Positions 51,057 to 58,674 of a stretch of DNA of 64,000 nt are shown one piece after another (the stretch's first letter is position 1; every line of letters begins with the position of its first letter). Position numbers and translations under genes: made by a program. The notes under the pieces were generated by a model. That model ran no database searches and was not told the DNA's origin. It was given only the letters and a program-made list of their open reading frames with translations. This stretch comes from Isosphaeraceae bacterium (lineage in GTDB: Bacteria; Planctomycetota; Planctomycetia; Isosphaerales; Isosphaeraceae), in the NCBI GenBank assembly GCA_965201075.1, contig CBDAVP010000008.1, positions 62,001 to 126,000 on the forward strand, given 5' to 3'.

Positions 51057-52703
51057 TCAACGACCCGCATCACCGGTCGCCGACGTCTCCCCAGCAACGC
51101 CGGGCAAGGTCACCGACTCGATCAACGGCACCTGCTTGCCCCCTGAGTTCCCCCCGACCGCCAGCAACGAGCGACCCGGGCCCGCCAGCAGCCGGTGAGT
51201 GATCCGAGGCATCGACCACGCCCCGACCGCCTCCCACCCTGTCCCCAGGTCGTCCAGCCGGTAAATCCAGCCGCTGGCCCCACTGAAATACGGACGTCCC
51301 TCCACCGAGAAAGCCGAGGTCCCGAATCCCTCCTGACGATGTCCCGCCGGAATCTCGGGCCCGGCCGACCACGCCCCTGTCGCCGGGTCATACACATCCA
51401 CCCCTCGGCGGACATCCATCTTGTCGGTCAAGCCACCCAGCACATACAACTTCCCCCCCGCCTCGGCCACCGAAAGCGCCCGACGGCGGAACGGCTGAGG
51501 GATCGACCGCCAACCCGCTTCCGGCCGGTCCAGATCGAACGCCACCGTGTCCGGCAAATACTCCGCGTCCTCCGTCGCCCCCTTCATCCGCCAACCCCCC
51601 ACGGCATAAATCGTCCGGCCCATCACGATCGCGTCATGAGTCGATCGAGGAACCGGCAACGGCGTCAGGTCGATCCAGGTCTTCGCCTCCGGGTCATACC
51701 GGGCAAAGTCCGCCACCGAATGTAGGTCGTGTTCCTCGCCAGACGCATTCCTCGCCGCCATCCCTCCCAGTCGGTACAGGAATCGGCCATCCGTCACCAA
51801 GGCCACCCCCTGAACGTCGGGGCCCATCGGCAAGTCTTCCCAGGTCCGCCGGTCCCCCAGGTTCAACCGGCGGAAATGCCGAGAGGTCGTCTCCACGCTG
51901 TACTCGTGGGTCTTGCCGACATGCCCCCCGTAGACATACAGCCAACCCTCCAGAACCGCCCCGCCAAAGCTATTCACGGCGGGCGTCGGCATCGCCGCGA
52001 ACGCCGTCTTCCCTCCCGTCCTGACCTGGCAAACCGTCAGGGTGGCGTAATACCGGGTCTCCTCGAACGCCTTTCCCCCCACTTCCCCGGCGACCCCATC
52101 TACCCAGTTTGCCCACAACGGGGCTTTCCCTTCGGCCAACCCGGCGACTTTCGCCAATCCGGTCTCATCGGTCGCCGATTCCGCCGCCTCTCCATTCTCC
52201 GGATAAAGCTTGATGCGGGCTTTTGCCAGCGGCTTGCCGTCAAACAGGACCTGCAAGGCCCCATCGCCGGCCGCATCCCCCTGAACCCAACGGACTCGCA
52301 AGCTAGCCCCCGCCTCCGGATCGCCGACCTTCGCCGCCGACGACTGGAGCCTCGCCGAGTAGACCAGTCGAGTGGAGTGTCCCTCCTTCGCCCTGACACC
52401 CAGGTCCCGCTCCGCGTCAATCCTCGGCGGCAAGAGACCCACCCAACTCGCCTCCACCGCCTCCGACGCCATCCTCACCGCCAACGGACGCCCCTCCACG
52501 GTCGGCCTCAACTCGCGAACAAACCGCAAAAACTCCGGCCCGCCCGGCTCCGGCGTTTCATTCAGGAACACCCGTATCGTCGTCGCACCCCCGGCGACCG
52601 GCTCCCCGTCAACCCAGAGAAAATGGGCCGAGGCTCGCCCCTGAGACAGCAACAACGTCCCCAGCATCAACGCTCCGCGAACGCCATCACTCATCGCAAT
52701 CAT
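51057..52703 (-). CDS. Secreted DUF4198-like + Kelch-repeat protein
   Basis: Signal peptide ASA|HFLWV; QVLFDGKPL and TDETG (DUF4198-like); Kelch blades YVYGG, YRLGG, YAVGG, YVLGG. Confidence 0.8.
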   Translation of the reverse strand: MIAMSDGVRGALMLGTLLLSQGRASAHFLWVDGEPVAGGATTIRVFLNETPEPGGPEFLRFVRELRPTVEGRPLAVRMASEAVEASWVGLLPPRIDAERDLGVRAKEGHSTRLVYSARLQSSAAKVGDPEAGASLRVRWVQGDAAGDGALQVLFDGKPLAKARIKLYPENGEAAESATDETGLAKVAGLAEGKAPLWANWVDGVAGEVGGKAFEETRYYATLTVCQVRTGGKTAFAAMPTPAVNSFGGAVLEGWLYVYGGHVGKTHEYSVETTSRHFRRLNLGDRRTWEDLPMGPDVQGVALVTDGRFLYRLGGMAARNASGEEHDLHSVADFARYDPEAKTWIDLTPLPVPRSTHDAIVMGRTIYAVGGWRMKGATEDAEYLPDTVAFDLDRPEAGWRSIPQPFRRRALSVAEAGGKLYVLGGLTDKMDVRRGVDVYDPATGAWSAGPEIPAGHRQEGFGTSAFSVEGRPYFSGASGWIYRLDDLGTGWEAVGAWSMPRITHRLLAGPGRSLLAVGGNSGGKQVPLIESVTLPGVAGETSATGDAGR

Positions 52704-52854
52704 CCCCTCGCCCCTCGGGCCTTGTCGAATTTACGATCAACCGCCAAACCGTCCCAAGGCGTACCCATCGCGGATCGCCCGCACGCCGGCCCCGTCCCGA
52801 ACCGACTCAAGCTTCCATCCCACTTAATCAAAAGAGGCAGTCGAACGAATTCAT

Positions 52855-52875
52855 TGAAACTGAGACTCAGTCTCA
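52855..52875. promoter_or_regulatory. Fur-family-type operator (7-1-7 inverted repeat)
   Basis: Perfect TGAGACT-C-AGTCTCA at 52861-52875 plus a second imperfect 7-1-7 (TGAAACT-G-AGACTCA) offset by 6 bp, in an AT-rich divergent intergenic region. Confidence 0.65.
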
Positions 52876-53032
52876 CGATCGAGACAATATCCGACCCCAT
52901 CTCAGCCCGTCAAGCCTTGCCCGCGTACCGGGGAAATCTACCAGCGGAAGGCGTGGAAGCGCGACCTGGTTGACGCACCCCCGCGCCTGTCCGACCATTG
53001 TCGATCCCGACCATGCCTCGCGGAGTCGCCCC

Positions 53033-53641
53033 GTGCCGCTGATCGCCGACGCTCCCAACTACGCGACACTGTCGTTGATGCTGACACCGGCGATCTTTAT
53101 GACCGCCAACGGCTCGCTCATCATCTCCACCTCTAACCGGATGTCGCGCATCGTTGACCGGATCCGGGTGCTAAATGACCTCGGAGACACTCTCTGCCGG
53201 GGAACGTCAGGGCTCGATTTCCCCGAGCTACGCCTGGCGCACGTCGCCGACCAGATCCACTGGCTCGGCTTCCGTAGCGACCGCATCCGCCACGCCCTGA
53301 CGATGCTCTATTTGGCCTTCGGCAGCTTTGTCGGCACCAGTCTCGCCTTGGCCATCGACGCGTGGATGAAAAACCGCCTCCTCAGCCTTCCCACTCTTCT
53401 CGCCGTTGCCGGTGTGAGCCTCTTGCTGGGAGCCAGTATCAACCTCGTCCGAGAAGCCACCGCCGCCCTCCGTACCAACAACCTTGAGATCCACTTCTAT
53501 CAATCTCTCCACCAGATCCGTCACGCTTCAAGTTCCTGCGGTCCAGAGATTTCCGCTGCGGAATCGCCCCCTTCCTCGCAACAACCAACCCCGGAATCGT
53601 CTCACCTCCCCCCTAGCGAGATTTCGCCAGCCGGAGGTTGA
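53033..53641 (+). CDS. DUF2721-like membrane protein
   Basis: MLTPAIF...G.LI..TSNRMSRIVDRIR pattern, 3 TM helices; GTG start inferred. Confidence 0.75.
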   Translation: MPLIADAPNYATLSLMLTPAIFMTANGSLIISTSNRMSRIVDRIRVLNDLGDTLCRGTSGLDFPELRLAHVADQIHWLGFRSDRIRHALTMLYLAFGSFVGTSLALAIDAWMKNRLLSLPTLLAVAGVSLLLGASINLVREATAALRTNNLEIHFYQSLHQIRHASSSCGPEISAAESPPSSQQPTPESSHLPPSEISPAGG

Positions 53642-53902
53642 GTCGCTCTTCGCCACTTCGGAGGACAGCGGCTCTGGCGGCCTCTCCCAGTGGGGTTCAC
53701 GGCCAGAGCGTTCAAAGCGGCCCAATGTCCACCGCCTGGATTTCGAGGACCTAACCCTCCGCGACGGTGGGGTTGGATAACGGCCTCAAGGTTTTACTAA
53801 ACCGCGTAGCCCCGCCCTGTTTCCATCGAGTAAAGTTGGATCAGATCCGCGCGACGCACCCCCCGAGCGAAGCGGCCCACGGCACAACTCGACGAGACGA
53901 CC

Positions 53903-55804
53903 ATGACTCGCCCCGCCCGTCCCCGTCTCGCGCGTCTCTGGATCGGATTCGACGCGCTCGAATCCCGAACCCTGCTCAGTGTCGCCGATCCGTCTCGGGA
54001 GATTATCGTACGCTTCGACGAGGCCCTTCCCGCCGCGCGGCAAGCCGCCCTCCTCCACGCAATTCGGGGAACCGTGGTCCAGTCCTTCGGCGACGGCCCT
54101 TCCCTCGTCGCTCTCGGCCGCGGGATCACGCCCGACCACGCTCTCGCCCAGCTCGACACCAGCCGAGGCGTCCGCTACGCCGAGCGCGCGGATACCACCG
54201 TTCACGCCTCGTCCGTCACCCCGAGTGATCCGCTCTTCAATCAGCAGTGGTATCTGAACAACCCCGACGGGGTCGATATCGACGCCCCCGCCGCCTGGGG
54301 GACCACCACCGGCAGTTCGTCGACCATCGTCGCGGTGATCGACACGGGGATCGTCCTCAGCCACCCTGAGTTCGCCGGCCGCCTTTGGACCGGGCCGAAA
54401 GGCATCCACGGCTGGAACTTCCTGAACAACACCGCCAACCTCCAGGACTCCAACGGCCACGGTACTCATGTCGCAGGGCTCCTCGGCGCCTCGGCCAACA
54501 ACGGAGCCGGCATCGCCGGGGTCAACTGGTCCGCTCAACTGATGATTCTCAAGGCTCTGGATAACAGCGGTGAGGGGACCATTCCCAGCGTCGTTGCCGC
54601 CATCCACTACGCCGTCGACCACGGGGCCAAGGTCATCAACGCCAGTTGGGACATCGACCAGTACGACCCCGCCCTCGCCGACGCCATCAACTACGCCGCC
54701 CAGCACAACGTCGTCGTCGTGGTCGCCGCCGGCAACGAGTCGGCCAATGACGACACCACCCGTACCTTCCCTGCCTCGCTCCGCTCCCCCAATGTCCTCT
54801 CCGTGGCCGCCGTCGACCAGCAGGGCCGCCTCGCCAGCTTCTCCAACTACGGCGTCGGCACCGTCGCCATAGCCGCCCCGGGCGTGGGAATCCTCTCCAC
54901 CTACCTGGGCAACGGCTACACCTACCTCGACGGAACCTCGATGTCGACACCTTTGGTCGCCGGGGTCGTCGCCCTCGTCGCCGGCCTCCACCCCAACGAC
55001 ACCGCCTCCCAACTCGTCCAGGCCGTCACCGCCACCGCCCGTCCCGACCCCTACCTCGCCGGCCTGATCTCCTCTGGCGGGATTGTCGACGCCGCTGCCG
55101 CCGTGAATTATGGAACCACCACCATCGCCTCGGTCCCCACCCCTTCCGCGAGGCCCACGACCGACGCCGTCCACGCCCAACTCCTGTCCGTCCCTGAGTT
55201 TTACGATCAGGCCGGAGACACCGACGCCGGCTTCGTCAACCGCCTCTACCAATCCCTCCTGGGACGCGACGCCGAACCCGCCGGACTCAACGGTTGGGTC
55301 ACGCAACTCCAGAAGGGCGCCACCCGTGAGCAGGTCGCCACTGCCCTGGAATCCACTACCGAGGCCCTCCAGACCGAAGTGGCCCGCTGGTACCAGACCG
55401 ACCTGGGGCGTACCGCCACGCTCGCCAACCTCAAGACCGATTCTGGCGTCCAATCCTGGGTCGCCCGTCTTCAGCAAGGCATGTCCGTCACGATCGTCCA
55501 CGCCCAACTCCTGTCCGTCCCTGAGTTTTACGATCAGGCCGGAGACACCGACGCCGGCTTCGTCAACCGCCTCTACCAATCCCTCCTGGGACGCGACGCC
55601 GAACTCGCCGGACTCAACGGTTGGGTCACGCAACTCCAGAAGGGCGCCACCCGTCAGCAGGTCGCCATTGCCCTGGAATCCACTACCGAGGCCCTCCAGA
55701 CTGAAGTGGCCCGCTGGTACCAGACCGACCTGGGGCGTACCGTCACGCTCGCCAACCTCAAGGCCGATTCTGGCGTTCAATCCTGGGTTTCCCAGCTTTC
55801 CTGA
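53903..55804 (+). CDS. Secreted subtilisin-like S8 peptidase with two DUF4214-like C-terminal repeats
   Basis: LESRTLLS planctomycete extracellular motif; catalytic VIDTG, HGTHVAG, AAGN, GTSMSTP; repeat FVNRLYQSLLGRDAEPAGLNGW. Confidence 0.92.
   Translation: MTRPARPRLARLWIGFDALESRTLLSVADPSREIIVRFDEALPAARQAALLHAIRGTVVQSFGDGPSLVALGRGITPDHALAQLDTSRGVRYAERADTTVHASSVTPSDPLFNQQWYLNNPDGVDIDAPAAWGTTTGSSSTIVAVIDTGIVLSHPEFAGRLWTGPKGIHGWNFLNNTANLQDSNGHGTHVAGLLGASANNGAGIAGVNWSAQLMILKALDNSGEGTIPSVVAAIHYAVDHGAKVINASWDIDQYDPALADAINYAAQHNVVVVVAAGNESANDDTTRTFPASLRSPNVLSVAAVDQQGRLASFSNYGVGTVAIAAPGVGILSTYLGNGYTYLDGTSMSTPLVAGVVALVAGLHPNDTASQLVQAVTATARPDPYLAGLISSGGIVDAAAAVNYGTTTIASVPTPSARPTTDAVHAQLLSVPEFYDQAGDTDAGFVNRLYQSLLGRDAEPAGLNGWVTQLQKGATREQVATALESTTEALQTEVARWYQTDLGRTATLANLKTDSGVQSWVARLQQGMSVTIVHAQLLSVPEFYDQAGDTDAGFVNRLYQSLLGRDAELAGLNGWVTQLQKGATRQQVAIALESTTEALQTEVARWYQTDLGRTVTLANLKADSGVQSWVSQLS
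55168..55788 (+). repeat. Intragenic tandem duplication, period 327 bp
   Basis: 55168-55461 and 55495-55788 align over 294 bp with 7 substitutions by manual comparison. Confidence 0.92.
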
Positions 55805-55973
55805 ATCCCCGAACCTGCTAGGCGGCTGCATCTCCAAGTAAAACATGCGAGTTTCTCGGAATTCCGATCGGAAGGCCCAAGGTTTGCAGCCCTCTGTGGC
55901 CGCCGCCTAACCTCGGTCGGGTTCCTTCTGGGTTCCCCCGCGAACACCGAGGCCAACCTCACGGGGAATGACC

Positions 55974-56453
55974 ATGAACCGTCGCGATCTTCTCGGCTCC
56001 CTGGGTACCGCCGCCGCCGGCCTCACCGCCCTCTCCGTCACCGGTATCGTCCGAGCCGATGACAAGCCCTCCCATAAGGATCACTCCCAGGCGACGATGA
56101 CGATGGAGGAGTGCATCAAGAACTGCGGAGAATGCGCCAAGGCTTGCGACATGGCCTTCCACCACTGCGTCATGGAAGTGGGCAAGGGGAAAAAGGAGCA
56201 CGCCAAGGCCGTTCAGCTTCTGTCGGACTGCGCCGGTTTCTGCGGTCTTTCCGCCTGTATGATGTCCCGCCACAGCCCCTTGATGGGCCACTCCTGCGCT
56301 GCCTGCGCCGAGGCCTGCAAGGATACTTTGGCTGAAGTTGAGAAGCTCGACGCCTCGGGCGAGGTGATGATGATGGCCATCCGCCATCTCAAGGCGTGCG
56401 AAGCGTCCTGCCGAGCGATGGAAAAGTGCTGCGACGAGTGCTCGGCCTCCTAA
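55974..56453 (+). CDS. Tat-exported four-helix-bundle copper storage protein (Csp1/2-like, DUF326)
   Basis: MNRRDLL twin-arginine signal; 16 Cys mostly in CxxC/CxxxC spacing; GGGGA RBS favours ATG 55974 over 55968. Confidence 0.88.
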   Translation: MNRRDLLGSLGTAAAGLTALSVTGIVRADDKPSHKDHSQATMTMEECIKNCGECAKACDMAFHHCVMEVGKGKKEHAKAVQLLSDCAGFCGLSACMMSRHSPLMGHSCAACAEACKDTLAEVEKLDASGEVMMMAIRHLKACEASCRAMEKCCDECSAS

Positions 56454-56497
56454 AAAAAGACCACCGCCCTCAGATCGATCCCAGCACCGATCAACCC

Positions 56498-56540
56498 CGC
56501 CCCGCGAGTCCGAACCCGGCCTTCGCGGGGCGTTACGTTT
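56498..56540 (+). terminator. Probable intrinsic terminator after the Csp gene
   Basis: CGCCCCGCGA / TCGCGGGGCG 10-bp stem followed by TTACGTTT. Confidence 0.5.
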
Positions 56541-56560
56541 CGCATGGTCCCAGGCATCCT

Positions 56561-56593
56561 CTTATCTTACGTTCCCACCTTGTCTTACGTTCC
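56561..56593. repeat. Tandem 15-bp direct repeat CTT(A/G)TCTTACGTTCC, 18-bp period
   Basis: Copies at 56561-56575 and 56579-56593; CAGGCAT occurs on both sides. Confidence 0.75.
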
Positions 56594-56748
56594 TAGCAGG
56601 CATGTTCTTTCCCGATTTCTCCGCGAAGTTAGACCGCTTCCAAGGCTCCCTTGTTTTGTGAATCTCGCGGGACCCCACCCCTGCGGGAAAACACCGTCTC
56701 GGACGTTCCGCGACTCGACTTAAACCGGAGAGACCGCCCGGAGCGCAA

Positions 56749-56782
56749 GACCGGCAACCCCTCCCGAGGGAGGAGGCCGGTC
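56749..56782 (-). terminator. GC-rich hairpin 14 nt downstream of the tRNA 3' end
   Basis: GACCGGC..CCTCCC-GA-GGGAGG..GCCGGTC; only a weak U-tract follows. Confidence 0.4.
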
Positions 56783-56796
56783 GAGCATTCAGGCGA

Positions 56797-57140
56797 TGCG
56801 GCCCGCAGGATTCGAACCTGCAACCAAGGGATTCGAGACGCCCCCGGGTTTCCCCGAGGCTCGGACTATCTCACCCTCCCCCACCGTCGAGGAAATCCCC
56901 AATGAGGGGGAGGCCGGGCGCTCGTCGGCGGGGAGTATTGTTGGGACTCACCCCGCTAGTCTCTGAACCTTCCCGGCCACCCAGGCCCGGCCGGGCTTGG
57001 CTGCGGATTGCCATGTCGGGGCACCAACAAGCCCCCCGGTTTAGGTTCCCCGCAATTCACCCGGATCGCATCCGGAGGTTACCCCCCGGCGCCACCATGT
57101 TCTTGATGAGTCCCCTGCTCTGCCGTTGAGCTAGGGCCGC
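56797..57140 (-). tRNA. Intron-containing tRNA with CAU anticodon, most likely tRNA-Ile2 (exons 57140-57106 and 56833-56797)
   Basis: Spliced sequence GCGGCCCTAGCTCAACGGCAGAGCAGGGGACTCAT|AATCCCTTGGTTGCAGGTTCGAATCCTGCGGGCCGCA: 7-bp acceptor stem, D arm, anticodon arm GGGGA-CTCATAA-TCCCT, T arm GCAGG-TTCGAAT-CCTGC; CCA not encoded. Confidence 0.93.
56834..57105 (-). ncRNA. Group I self-splicing intron (272 nt, no ORF) in the tRNA anticodon loop
   Basis: Preceded by exon U, ends in G; conserved core AATTGCGGGGAA / AATCCGCAGCCAAG / GGTTCAGAGACTA / GAGATAGTCC; P1, P2, P3, P4, P7, P8 and P9 all pair. Confidence 0.92.
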
Positions 57141-57150
57141 CTGTCCTCCC

Positions 57151-57179
57151 ATCATGCGTGAGAGAATCAAGGACGGCAA
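57151..57179 (-). promoter_or_regulatory. Sigma70-type promoter of the tRNA
   Basis: TTGCCG - 17 bp - CATGAT, with the -10 element ending 10 nt upstream of tRNA G1. Confidence 0.6.
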
Positions 57180-57198
57180 GCCCTTCACCCGTCCGCGC

Positions 57199-57243
57199 AA
57201 CAAAACGGCCGCCGATTCTTCCCACCGGGAAGAGATCGGCGAC
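57199..57243 (-). terminator. Intrinsic terminator of the desaturase gene
   Basis: GCCGATCTCTTCCC / GGGAAGAATCGGC stem followed by GGCCGTTTTGTT on the minus strand. Confidence 0.65.
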
Positions 57244-57290
57244 CCATAGTGATCAGGAACGATCCACCAAAGCGTCGAGCCAAACCAAAC

Positions 57291-58238
57291 TCAGTTGGCA
57301 GCGCCCACCAACTCGAGCTCTTCGTCACCATCGCGAGCGGCTTGCATCGGCTTCATTTTTCTCACCGGCGAAGGGTCGACGACCCGAGCATACGAGGCCC
57401 GCGTCACCTTGGGCAACTTCAACGAGTGGGCCAGCCCCAGCCACTCCAGTACGCGGATGGTCATGTAGGTCATGTCGATTTCCCACCAACGCATCCCATG
57501 GCGGACCGAGGTCTGGAAGGCGTGATGGTTGTTGTGCCACCCTTCTCCGAACGTCAGCAGAGCTACCCACCAAAGATTCGTCGACTTATCGCGAGTTTCA
57601 TGAGACCGATAACCCCAGATGTGGGTGGCCGAGTTCACCAGCCAGGTCGCGTGCAAAACCGTCACCGACCGCACGAAAAAGGCCCAAACCAGCCAGGGCA
57701 TCCCACCAATCGCGTAAACCAAGGCCGCTGAAAGGAGAGGGAACACCGGGAAAAACTTATCCATCACGCGATGGACGGGGTCACGGGCCAGATCCGGCGC
57801 CCACCTCTCATAGTAATCGGAAGTATGGACGGCGGTGATGTCGGGAGTCATCCACCAAAACATGTGAGCCCAACCAAACCCACGATTGGGGCTATGAACG
57901 TCGTCCTCCTGGTCGGAGTGAGCATGATGCTTACGATGGTCGGCGACCCAGCCAATCGCCCCCCCCTCGGAGGCCGCGGCGCCCAGGGCGGTGAAGAAAT
58001 ATTCCAACCACTTCCAACGGAACGCGAAACTGCGGTGGGTCAGAAGTCGGTGATAGGTCAGGGTGATCCCCAGCCCGCCAGTGATCCAGTGACTGACCAC
58101 GCAGGCAGCCAGGGCACCCCAAGTGAAGTAGCCAGGCACGAAGGCGAGCAGGGCCCCGAGGTGGAGCGCCCCAATCCAGAGCAACGCCGGCCAGGCGATC
58201 CCAGCCGATTCGGGGCGAGTTGTTGTCGCTGTGCTCAT
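57291..58238 (-). CDS. Delta-9 acyl-CoA/acyl-lipid desaturase
   Basis: His boxes HRLLTH, HRKHH, HNNHH; GEGW, WWEID; AAGGA RBS before ATG 58238. Confidence 0.93.
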   Translation of the reverse strand: MSTATTTRPESAGIAWPALLWIGALHLGALLAFVPGYFTWGALAACVVSHWITGGLGITLTYHRLLTHRSFAFRWKWLEYFFTALGAAASEGGAIGWVADHRKHHAHSDQEDDVHSPNRGFGWAHMFWWMTPDITAVHTSDYYERWAPDLARDPVHRVMDKFFPVFPLLSAALVYAIGGMPWLVWAFFVRSVTVLHATWLVNSATHIWGYRSHETRDKSTNLWWVALLTFGEGWHNNHHAFQTSVRHGMRWWEIDMTYMTIRVLEWLGLAHSLKLPKVTRASYARVVDPSPVRKMKPMQAARDGDEELELVGAAN

Positions 58239-58674
58239 GCTAGTCCTTGATTCGGTCGTACAAAGGGGGGAGTCAGGCAATCTACCGCCCGGGACCGCGG
58301 CGGGAACCCAAGTCCCGACCGCACCCCAAGCGAGGGCAAGGGCCGATTGACTGGAGCAAAAGGGCCGCATCGGGGCAAAACCACTCGGCCCCGCCGTCAA
58401 TGGACGGGTCACGGCGGCTCGCTCGCTCGCTCTGGACCCCGGGACCCGTCAAAGATCACACTCGGAGGCGGGAGCAAGAGGAAGGTGGGCGGAGGACGCT
58501 AAGAGTGTAGTGGCCGCATGCCCCGCGGCCAACCCATTCCACCAAAATTTTCCAGGGATTCCTATTTCTCCCCCACGGGAGAACGCTCGAATTCGGCCTA
58601 GCCCAGAACCCCCAAGCATCCCAGACTGTTGATCCTTGCACAGAACCGACTGCGTCTACTTTTGGAGACATCCC

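Noticed and set aside
50893..51097. Frameshifted N-terminal extension of the metallophosphoesterase
   Set aside because: An ATG at 50892 with a G-rich RBS gives a complete TM-plus-catalytic protein; the upstream frames look non-coding
53786..55846. 686-aa minus-strand ORF with an internal repeat
   Set aside because: Antisense shadow of the S8 protease; the repeat simply mirrors the DNA duplication
53641..56797. Intact integrative element downstream of the tRNA
   Set aside because: No integrase, transposase or duplicated tRNA 3' end was found by eye; only the short arm-like repeats remain, reported as a low-confidence finding
56651..57129. ORFs 56651-56905 and 56902-57129 as a homing endonuclease or small proteins
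   Set aside because: They are antisense to the tRNA and intron, short, and lack LAGLIDADG, GIY-YIG or HNH motifs; the sequence is fully explained by RNA structure
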